Below, piece by piece: positions 25,639 through 33,553 of a stretch of 64,000 nucleotides of DNA (position 1 is the first letter of the stretch; each line of letters opens with the position of its first letter). The position numbers and the translations under genes are program-made. Source of the stretch: an uncultured Victivallales bacterium (GTDB lineage Bacteria > Verrucomicrobiota > Kiritimatiellia > UBA8416); contig CAYYJS010000001.1 of NCBI GenBank assembly GCA_964472315.1, forward strand, positions 60,046 through 124,045, written 5' to 3'. Under the pieces are notes generated by a model. The model had not been told where the DNA came from and made no database searches. It saw nothing but the letters and a program-made list of their open reading frames with translations.

Positions 25639-27969
25639 TCAATCCGCGCGGACGGTCACCGTGTGGCGCGTGCCGGCGGGTTGGACCGGCACGAGATTGT
25701 CGGGCCGTCGCACCCCGTCGAGGGTGACTTCCGGGGGTAGACCGTTCGGCGTGCGCCGGCGCGCGATTCGGATGTCGTATGTGGCGCCGCGCCAATGCCG
25801 CTCCACGGCGGCGGTGCGCCACCGGCGCGGAAGCTGCGGATCGAGCCGCAGGCCGTCCGGCTCCGCCCGCACGCCGAGGAGCATGCCGATGGCCGTCCGG
25901 TAGTACCACGAAGCGGTGCCGGTGTTGGGCGCGTGACTGCTCTGCCCGGCCTTCGCGCTGCCATCGCGGCCGCGGTAGAAGTTCGGTACGTAGAGCGGGA
26001 TCTGGCCGGCGCGCGCGATCGTGTGCGCGCCGTGTCCCGGCAGCAGCGACCGCAGCACCGCGAAGCCGCGCTCGGACTTGCGCGCCGCGAACAGGGCATA
26101 GGCGTAGAAGGTCGTGGCGTGACAGTAGACCGACCCGTTCTCGTGCCAACCGGGGACCTTCTGGGAGAGTTTGCCGATGTCTTCGCGCATGGCGGTGAAG
26201 GCGGGGCCCAGGGTCATCGGTCCCGCCGGGGTGTCCAGCAGGGCGTCCACGGCGGCGACGCAGGCATCGGCGCGCGCGCGGTCGGCGACGCCGGCGATGA
26301 TCGCCCAGCTTTGCGCGTTGATGAAGATCTTCCCCTCGCGGTCGCGGTGGCTGCCGAACGGCAGGCCCGCATCGGTGAAGCCGCGCACGTACCACCGGCC
26401 GTCCCACGCGAGGGCATTCACCGCCGCGCGCGATTCCGCCGCGGCCTTCCGGAAGCGCGTGGCGCGGCGGCCTTCGCCGCGGGCGACGGCGACGTCGGCC
26501 CAGGTTTCAAGCGCATGTACGGTCGCCTCGGTCAGCCAGATGGATTCGCCGCGTTCGTGCAGACCGGCCATGTTCAGCGGGTCGTTCCAGTCGCCCTGTC
26601 CGATGCGGCACAGCTTGCGGCGCGTGCGATCGGCGATCAGCCATTCCAAACCCAGGCAGACGTGCTCGTAGAGCGGCACGCAGGTCTCCGGGGCATCGGC
26701 GAACGGGATGGGCACATCCAGAATGTCGCGGTCGCCGGTCTCGTTCATGTAGAACGTGACGGCCGTGGGCCCCCAACTGTTGATATCCTTGTGCGGGATG
26801 GCGTTGATCTCGATCTGCTTCACACCCTCGGCGAAGGGCATGCCGTGCGGCAGCCAGCCGTTCCGGTGTTGGTGGGCCCAGATGCGGCGGAACCAGTCGC
26901 GGCTGGACGCGGGGTCCACGTAGCTGCCGCCCATGGCGTCCTGGATCACATTCCGGCCCTGCGGGGCCAGGTTGAAACGGATCGTACGCGCGAGCATGAG
27001 CGAACGCCGGGATTGCCAGTGGTTGATGAAGTGGTTGAATTCGATGTCCGGCGTGGCGATGCGCACGGCGGGCGCGTGCGCGTCCAGAAAAGCCCGACTG
27101 GCGCGGATCGCCGTGTCGATGGCGCCGGCCTTCAGGTAGGCGCGGGACAGGCGCGCGGCTTCGCGGCGGTCCCTGGCCGGACCGAAGACAAGATTCACCG
27201 TGAACGACTTGCCGGCGGCCAGGGAACGGCGGAACTGGAAGGCGTTGACCGTGGCCTCGTTCGCCGCTTCGTAGCGGTCCGGCGCGGGCCCGAGGGTCTT
27301 CCGCGACAGGGCGGCGGGCGCGTGAAGGCCGGCCTTGCCGGCGAAATCGGCGGCGCTCAGGCTGTACGATACGGGCTTCCGATCGGCCGTGCAGAAGACC
27401 ATGTTGCGCAATTCGCGCAGGCGGTAGTAGTCGCGATAATGCACGTAGTAGTCGAAGTAGTCGTGCAGGGCGCCGTTGAGAGCCGTGTCGAACCAAGCGG
27501 TCTGTCTCAGGAGCGACCGCCGTCCGACGGGGAGGTAGGAGTAAAGCGAGACCGCGCGGCGGGTGCGCGAGAGGTTCGTGACGGTGGCGGTCCAGAGTTC
27601 GACGTTGTCCGCGCGCGGGACCGCCAGACGGAGATCGACGGCGATGCCGTCGGTCTCGACATGCCAGGCGATGTCGCACAGCCCGGCCGAGAACGTGAAG
27701 GCGTCGGGAGCGGCCTGCACGGGGTCATGCGGAGCGCTCCAGTAACGGCCGGTAGCGTCGTCGCGCACGAAGAAGCATCGCAGGTTGTCGGCATACGGGG
27801 TCATGTTCGGCTGCTGGAATCCGGCTTCGGACACGCGGCCGCGATGATCGATCTGAACGCGCATCGTGTCGTTCCACAGATCCGAGTCCGCCGAAGCGAT
27901 GAGGTCGACGTCGTGGACGAGGTAACGGGTGCCATCCGCCGAGAAGTGGGCCGCGCGGGTCGTCGTCAT
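25639..27969 (-). CDS. GH94 glycoside phosphorylase, cellobionic-acid-phosphorylase-like
   Basis: PQGRNVIQDAMG, GQGDWNDPLN (catalytic Asp), GESIWL, KIFINAQSWA, ENGSVYCHA, NTGTASW. Start placed at ATG 27969 (MTTTRAAHFS) after AGGAGA. Confidence 0.85.
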   Translation of the reverse strand: MTTTRAAHFSADGTRYLVHDVDLIASADSDLWNDTMRVQIDHRGRVSEAGFQQPNMTPYADNLRCFFVRDDATGRYWSAPHDPVQAAPDAFTFSAGLCDIAWHVETDGIAVDLRLAVPRADNVELWTATVTNLSRTRRAVSLYSYLPVGRRSLLRQTAWFDTALNGALHDYFDYYVHYRDYYRLRELRNMVFCTADRKPVSYSLSAADFAGKAGLHAPAALSRKTLGPAPDRYEAANEATVNAFQFRRSLAAGKSFTVNLVFGPARDRREAARLSRAYLKAGAIDTAIRASRAFLDAHAPAVRIATPDIEFNHFINHWQSRRSLMLARTIRFNLAPQGRNVIQDAMGGSYVDPASSRDWFRRIWAHQHRNGWLPHGMPFAEGVKQIEINAIPHKDINSWGPTAVTFYMNETGDRDILDVPIPFADAPETCVPLYEHVCLGLEWLIADRTRRKLCRIGQGDWNDPLNMAGLHERGESIWLTEATVHALETWADVAVARGEGRRATRFRKAAAESRAAVNALAWDGRWYVRGFTDAGLPFGSHRDREGKIFINAQSWAIIAGVADRARADACVAAVDALLDTPAGPMTLGPAFTAMREDIGKLSQKVPGWHENGSVYCHATTFYAYALFAARKSERGFAVLRSLLPGHGAHTIARAGQIPLYVPNFYRGRDGSAKAGQSSHAPNTGTASWYYRTAIGMLLGVRAEPDGLRLDPQLPRRWRTAAVERHWRGATYDIRIARRRTPNGLPPEVTLDGVRRPDNLVPVQPAGTRHTVTVRAD

Positions 27970-28090
27970 GGGTATTGGTTCTCCTGATTCCGTATCGTTG
28001 AAGGGTGCGGCATCATGCCACGCCGGACGTGCGAATTCAACCGCCGATAAGGCGGGCGCAGCAATTCGCATGATGGCCGCTGGGTGACGT

Positions 28091-28172
28091 TGAAGACCGG
28101 CTAAAGCCGGTACACCAACGCCGAAATGGCGGATTCTTCGCTTGTTGGTGTCCCGCCTTCAGGCGGTCTTCA
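28091..28172. repeat. Pair of inverted REP-like palindromic elements
   Basis: TGAAGACCGGCTAAAGCCGGTACACCAAC (28091-28119); the reverse complement of 28144-28172 is TGAAGACCGCCTGAAGGCGGGACACCAAC. Confidence 0.75.
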
Positions 28173-28324
28173 GCCATAATGCGCCCGGCTGTCGCGTCTC
28201 TATGGGATGAGCCTGTCGGGGGATGAGCCTTGCGTCGCGGCGGATCGTATGGCACGCTGTCCCGCGAATTCGGTCGGTTCGATGAGACGTTATGATGAGA
28301 GATCCGATTTCGGGGAGTGTGGCG

Positions 28325-28702
28325 ATGAACGAGCTGAGGGCGACGGTCGGGCGACCGAATGAGGAAGATAAGGCGGTCTTCGAAACGCCGCCCCGCACGG
28401 CGTACTACTATTTCGGCGCGCGCGAAGGACTCAACCTGGGCGCCGGCATCTGTCGCATTCCCGAGGGCAGCAGCAACCAGAAGCACGCCCATGACGATGC
28501 GGACGAGGTGATCTACGTGCTGCAGGGGAGTGTGCGTTTCGACTTCCCCGGCGAGAGCATCGTTCTGCACCCGTTCGAGGCCGTGTACATTCCCAAGGGC
28601 CTCGATCACCAGATCTTCAACGTGGGGCCCGGCGAGGCGGCCCATACGTTCACGTTCGCGCCCGCCGCCCCGGCCGATCGTATCCGCCGCAAGTACAAGT
28701 GA
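28325..28702 (+). CDS. Cupin domain protein
   Basis: HAHDDADEVIYVLQG and YIPKGLDHQIFN cupin motifs. Confidence 0.85.
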   Translation: MNELRATVGRPNEEDKAVFETPPRTAYYYFGAREGLNLGAGICRIPEGSSNQKHAHDDADEVIYVLQGSVRFDFPGESIVLHPFEAVYIPKGLDHQIFNVGPGEAAHTFTFAPAAPADRIRRKYK

Positions 28703-28709
28703 GCCGACG

Positions 28710-29570
28710 ATGAAGACCAGTATTGCTCTCACGCCGACGCCGTTGACGGGTGTACCGTTCCTTTTCGCCGGCCGTCTGGATCACGGCATCGCCCGCGCGG
28801 CCGCCCTCGGCTACGACGCCGTCGAGCTGCACATTCGCGATCCGAAGGCCGAAGACATGCCCGGCATTCTGGATCGCGTTCGCGCGGCGGGACTGGCCGT
28901 GTCCTCGTTCGGCACCGGGCAGGGCTGCACGCTGGATGGATTGACGATCGGCGCGCTTGACGGCGCCGTGCGCGAGGCGGCCCGCCGGCGGCTGTTCGCC
29001 CATGTGGAAGCCGCCGCCGGTACCGGTGCGACCGTCATCGTCGGCAGCATGCAGGGGCGGCTCTCGGCCGAGCCGGATGTCCGCGCGCGTCAGCAGACCG
29101 AGGCCGAGGCGCTGCTGCGATCGGTAGCCGAGGCCGCCGGCGCCTGCGGTGTGCGTGTGGCGATCGAGCCCTTGAACCGCTACGAAACGAACTTCCTGAA
29201 CCGGGTTTCCGACGCGCTGGCGATGGTCGCGCGCGTCGACCGGCCGGCTCTCGGCGTGCTGCTCGATACGTTTCACATGAATATCGAGGAGACGGATATG
29301 GCCATGGCGGTGGAACAGGCCGGCCATCGCATCGGCATGGTCCACCTGGCCGATAGCAACCGCGGCGCGCCGGGGCTCGGGCACACGGATTTCGTGCCGA
29401 TCGTCGCGGCCTTGCGGGCTTGCGGCTACACCGGCTTTCTATCGGCGGAAGTGATGCCGCGCGGCGACGACGAGCACGCCGCCGCCGTCGGTATCGCAAC
29501 CATGCGCGCGTTGCTCGGCGTCGCGGCCGCGGTGCGCGGACGGGCCGTCCGGGCCGGAGGACAACCGTGA
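28710..29570 (+). CDS. Sugar phosphate isomerase/epimerase (xylose-isomerase-like TIM barrel; IolO/D-tagatose-3-epimerase-like)
   Basis: GYDAVEL, IEPLNRYE, LDTFHMNIEE, HLADSNRGAPGLGH, LSAE; start ATG 28710. Confidence 0.88.
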   Translation: MKTSIALTPTPLTGVPFLFAGRLDHGIARAAALGYDAVELHIRDPKAEDMPGILDRVRAAGLAVSSFGTGQGCTLDGLTIGALDGAVREAARRRLFAHVEAAAGTGATVIVGSMQGRLSAEPDVRARQQTEAEALLRSVAEAAGACGVRVAIEPLNRYETNFLNRVSDALAMVARVDRPALGVLLDTFHMNIEETDMAMAVEQAGHRIGMVHLADSNRGAPGLGHTDFVPIVAALRACGYTGFLSAEVMPRGDDEHAAAVGIATMRALLGVAAAVRGRAVRAGGQP

Positions 29571-31558
29571 ATGGCGCCGCACCGTCGCCCGACGGACTAC
29601 GCTTTCCGCCCAACATGCGCGCGGTCGGTTCCGGCGCTGCCGCCATCACGGCCTGTCCCGTGCTGACCGTTTACCCGCATGCCCGTGCCAGAACGCCACG
29701 TCGCCTGGGGTTCAATGTCGAGGTGCAGATCGATCACGACCGGATCAACCTGTGGGACTGGCTGGCCGACAGCGGGGCGACGGTGGTGCGCGAGTTTCAT
29801 CCGGAAGTCGACATGCGGCGCGCACTCGTCCGTCCCGGCGTCTGGGGGGCGATCGGTTCGCGGGCCGACTATGACGCCTTCCGCGCGCGGCTGTGCGCCG
29901 ACCCGCGCGGCGGCATCGACTGGGGCAACTACCGGTTCGGCGATGCGATTCGCTGGCTGGGGGTTCCGGACGCGATCGTCGGCCGGCTCGACAAGCTGGG
30001 CATCTACCCGATGATCCCGATGGGCTATGTGCCGAAGATGTTCCCGCGACCGCTGGTAAAGGACCCCGAGAACCTGGCGCCGGCCGATGAGGCGCGCATC
30101 GATTGGGAAGCGGCCGCTTCCGCCTACGAGTACTACCTCGCCATGGTCTACCACTTCGCCGCGGATTTCGGGTGCCGCACCTTCATGATGGTCAACGAAC
30201 CCGAATACCGGTTCGGGGGCTACTATCTGCCGGCCCGGATCGAGGCCATCGTCGACAAGCTGTTCGTCAAGCTGTTCCGCGAGCTGGACGACCTCGTGCT
30301 GTGGGATACCTATTTCCGGGCGCTCGCCGTGCAAACCACGGTGCTGACCCGCATTGCGCGCGACGCCGTCGACGATGCCGCGCGCCTGCTCGCCGTCGAC
30401 GGCCGTCCCGCGGCGCTTGTGCTCTCCGGACCCGCCGCCGGCAACCTGGATGCCTACTGGGCGGGCATCCGCGAGTCGGTGCACTGCTGCGATTACCACC
30501 AGTACAGCCCGTATCCCGAAGCCTACCGTGAACGCTTCCGGCGGGCGGCCGCGCTGGTGCGTGGCACCGGTCAGACCATCGCGATTTCCGAGTTCAACCG
30601 CCAGGCCGGCGAGATGCAGATCGATCACATGTACTTTCCGCTGCGGGAATCGCTCGGACTGGCGTCAATCCTCGCCGAGTTGCTCCAGGTCTCGCGCACC
30701 GAAGACCCCGAGCTTTCGGCCGCGACGCTGTACCATTTCGCGTTCCCGGCCACGCACCGCAACTACAAGAGCCTGGTCTATGGGGACATGAACCGTGTCG
30801 ATTGGTCCGGCCGCGACGCACGGCCGCGGGAGCCGGAACTGTATCCGACGACGGACGAACTGCAGATCCGGTTCGCGACGCCCGCGTATCACATGTTCCG
30901 GATGTTCGCGCGATGCGCGGGATTCGACCCCGCGACGGGCGACCCGTATCCCGTGCTCGAGACTTCCGTCGCGATTCGCGATACGGCGCGGATTCCGGAC
31001 CTGAGCAACGTGTTGCGCGTGCTGGCCGTGGACCAGGGCGAGCGGCTGATCGTGACCCTGGTCAATCCCGATCCCGCGCGTGGCGATACGTTCACGATCG
31101 ATCTCCGGTCCCTGCGCCGGGCATACGGCTGGGCCGTGATCCGCGAGACCGGCGCCGAACGTTGCGACCAGGTCACCGGCGAGGTGGCCGTCGTCGACGG
31201 CGCGGTGCGCGTGTCCGTCGCGCCCGAATCGCTGGTTCAGGTGATCTTCAGCGACCGCGATCCCGGCACGATCGTCGCGCCGCGTCTGGAGGAGACGACG
31301 GAGACGCCCGGCGTCGCGGCGGCACTCGGATTATGGCAGACGACGCGCCTGCGCGTCATGGCCGAATGCGCCGGACGCCCCGTTGACCTGACAACGCACA
31401 ATGTCATCTGGGAGAGCGAACAGCCCGACCTCGTGCGCGTGGGGCAGGGCGGTCTCGTGCAGCGCGTGCGCACGACCGACCGTGTCATCGTGGTCCGCGC
31501 CCGACTCGCCGACGGCCGCACCCTCGGCGAAGTCCGCGTGCGGCCGCCGCCGACTTGA
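29567..31558 (+). CDS. Putative clan GH-A glycoside hydrolase, family unassigned, with C-terminal beta-sandwich and Ig-like domains
   Basis: MVNEPE (acid/base-like), DYHQY, AISEFN (nucleophile-like); GTG start overlapping the previous stop (GTGA); C-terminal VIWESEQPDLVRVGQGGLV resembles a Big_2 domain. Confidence 0.6.
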   Translation: MNGAAPSPDGLRFPPNMRAVGSGAAAITACPVLTVYPHARARTPRRLGFNVEVQIDHDRINLWDWLADSGATVVREFHPEVDMRRALVRPGVWGAIGSRADYDAFRARLCADPRGGIDWGNYRFGDAIRWLGVPDAIVGRLDKLGIYPMIPMGYVPKMFPRPLVKDPENLAPADEARIDWEAAASAYEYYLAMVYHFAADFGCRTFMMVNEPEYRFGGYYLPARIEAIVDKLFVKLFRELDDLVLWDTYFRALAVQTTVLTRIARDAVDDAARLLAVDGRPAALVLSGPAAGNLDAYWAGIRESVHCCDYHQYSPYPEAYRERFRRAAALVRGTGQTIAISEFNRQAGEMQIDHMYFPLRESLGLASILAELLQVSRTEDPELSAATLYHFAFPATHRNYKSLVYGDMNRVDWSGRDARPREPELYPTTDELQIRFATPAYHMFRMFARCAGFDPATGDPYPVLETSVAIRDTARIPDLSNVLRVLAVDQGERLIVTLVNPDPARGDTFTIDLRSLRRAYGWAVIRETGAERCDQVTGEVAVVDGAVRVSVAPESLVQVIFSDRDPGTIVAPRLEETTETPGVAAALGLWQTTRLRVMAECAGRPVDLTTHNVIWESEQPDLVRVGQGGLVQRVRTTDRVIVVRARLADGRTLGEVRVRPPPT

Positions 31559-31597
31559 TGACGGCGGCCACGCTGGCGGCTCCCGGTTCTGTTCGAC

Positions 31598-33244
31598 TCA
31601 TCGACCAGGAAGCGCAGCCGTCGCGTTCACGCCGATCGTCCGCGTTACCGGAACGGCGGTCTGCACAAACGGCTCCACCGCGCTGCCCCACTGGCAGGCC
31701 GCGAGCTCGATCGTCAACGGCAGCTTCGCCCGCGGCGGGATATCCGTGAGCTTCAGCATGTCGCCGTCGACTACGGCCGGACCGCTCCGGACGATGTAGC
31801 GAACGGGCAGCCCCTTGCTGCTGGTTGCCGCCAGCTTCACCTCGCCGCCCGGTTTAAGCGGGGCGATCTCCGGAAAGTCGATCGTCTGGGCCTCTCCCTG
31901 TGTCAGTAGCCCATGCCGCACCGTGGCCGGCTGTTCCGCCGGGCGGTACGTCGCGTCGCCGGGATGCCACGCGGCGAGCGATCCGCTCATGCCCCGGCTG
32001 CCATACGAGCACACCCGGAACGTATCCGGGCCGATCGCCACAAAATCGCGTCCGCTCAAGCCGAACGGGCGGAACTGAATGGGTCCGTCCGCGTGCCCGA
32101 TCGGACCGTCGGGTTTCGCGTACTTGTCCCGCGCCTCGGAAAGGAACGTGCCGGCCACGCGGAACGTGTCGGCGCCAACCCACGCCAGCCTGGCGTCGTA
32201 GCGCAAATCGTGCCGGCTGTAGATCGGGTTGCCGTTGGACGGGTCGGCAAACGCCACGAACTGGGGCGCCTTGCCGAACCGGCCGGTGTGGAAATCCACA
32301 AAGGCCCTGGCCACATCCATGTCGGGATGCCAGTAGGCCGCCTTGCGGTCGCCCTTGTAGTCGGCATGGGGCGCCGGCGCGGGCGCATCCGGGGTGGCGG
32401 GCTCGCTGCCGGTCAGGACGCCCGCGTCCGCGGCGAGTTTCCGGCAGATCACCGGTTTCGCGGCATCGATCGGCCACTCGGGAATGCACGCCTGCGCGGC
32501 CTTGCGAACGAACAGGGCCGCGTACTCGCCGTCGCACAAATTCCACGCCATGTGCGTGCTGCCGGCCTCCACGATCAGACTGATGAGCATGTTCTCATTC
32601 GCGGCCCGCATGCGCAGGTACTTGGCTCGGTCTTCCTTCCAGGCGGTCTCGCGATCCTCGAAGTCCCGCAGCACCCCGCTCGGTCCCGGACCGAACTCCT
32701 CGAACTGACCTTTCACCGCCAGAATGGGGATGCCGGTGATGTCCGCCTCCGGATCGTAGTCAGGCGGCATGAGGCTGCCCTTGAAGACCAGCACGCCGAA
32801 ACACCGATCGCGGCGCCAGGCCGCCGCCGCGGTCGCGTAGATGCAGGATGTCGAGTGCCCGAAGCTGAAGAAAGGCGCCTGCTTGATTTCGGCATAGCCG
32901 GTGCTTTCGGCGACGGCGTCGAGCACCTTGAGGAAGATCTCGGGCCCCGGCCCGGTCTTGTAGTTGAAGATCCCGTCGATGCCCGCGCGGATGATGGCCA
33001 GTTTCTCGGCCTCGCACGCCTTGCGGATGGCCGGGTCGTCGGCGATGTAGGCTTCTCCGCCGATGAAAACCCCGCGAATCCGCTCGGCCGTGGGCGGGAT
33101 CCACACATAGGCGGTGCAGGTCTTGCCATCCGGCCGCGCCACGGGAACGGCCCACTGGTACACGGCGTCGCCGCGGGCACCGCCGGCTGCCAGGATCGCC
33201 AACCCCACGCACAATATCTCCGTCAACTTCTTCAACGTCCGCAT
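31598..33244 (-). CDS. Secreted alpha/beta-hydrolase-like protein with C-terminal Ig-like domain
   Basis: Signal peptide; AYVWIPP, FSFGHSTS nucleophile-elbow-like motif, EAGSTH; C-terminal QTIDFPEI...LAATSSKGLPVRY; AGGAGG RBS. Confidence 0.65.
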   Translation of the reverse strand: MRTLKKLTEILCVGLAILAAGGARGDAVYQWAVPVARPDGKTCTAYVWIPPTAERIRGVFIGGEAYIADDPAIRKACEAEKLAIIRAGIDGIFNYKTGPGPEIFLKVLDAVAESTGYAEIKQAPFFSFGHSTSCIYATAAAAWRRDRCFGVLVFKGSLMPPDYDPEADITGIPILAVKGQFEEFGPGPSGVLRDFEDRETAWKEDRAKYLRMRAANENMLISLIVEAGSTHMAWNLCDGEYAALFVRKAAQACIPEWPIDAAKPVICRKLAADAGVLTGSEPATPDAPAPAPHADYKGDRKAAYWHPDMDVARAFVDFHTGRFGKAPQFVAFADPSNGNPIYSRHDLRYDARLAWVGADTFRVAGTFLSEARDKYAKPDGPIGHADGPIQFRPFGLSGRDFVAIGPDTFRVCSYGSRGMSGSLAAWHPGDATYRPAEQPATVRHGLLTQGEAQTIDFPEIAPLKPGGEVKLAATSSKGLPVRYIVRSGPAVVDGDMLKLTDIPPRAKLPLTIELAACQWGSAVEPFVQTAVPVTRTIGVNATAALPGR

Positions 33245-33465
33245 TTCAACCTCCTGCCATTCAGCACCCAGAGGGCTCTCAGAAATACACCGGTAGTCAC
33301 TCCGGGATCGCCCTTCTCCAGCCGCGACACCGTGCGTCTCTCAACATTCATACGCTCGGCCAGATTTGCCTGACTCCACCGCCTCCGCACACGTGCCGTC
33401 CGCACGCGTTCGCCAAAGACGTGAAGCTGCTTCGTCACATCCTCCGGATGGTATTGATGTTCCAT
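33232..33465 (-). CDS. XRE-family HTH protein (HipB-like), probably C-terminally truncated
   Basis: GERVRTARVRRRWSQANLAERMNVERRTVSRLEKGDPGV; the last residues run through the RBS and start of the next gene. Confidence 0.65.
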   Translation of the reverse strand: MEHQYHPEDVTKQLHVFGERVRTARVRRRWSQANLAERMNVERRTVSRLEKGDPGVTTGVFLRALWVLNGRRLKCGR

Positions 33466-33553
33466 ATAACGCTCCTAATGGCGCTTTTAGTACTGTATAT
33501 ACGACATCAAGTTAAGATATAGTCGTCACAGTCAGGCTTGATTCAATCAGCCG

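Noticed and set aside
24173-27987. ORFs 24173..26407 (-) and 25795..27987 (+)
   Set aside because: They overlap the Gfo/Idh/MocA and GH94 genes in shadow frames and have low-complexity composition.
33491-33510. TACTGTATATACGACATC resembling an E. coli LexA box
   Set aside because: The right half-site (ACAG at N8 spacing) is absent, and a gammaproteobacterial SOS box is not expected in this likely lineage.
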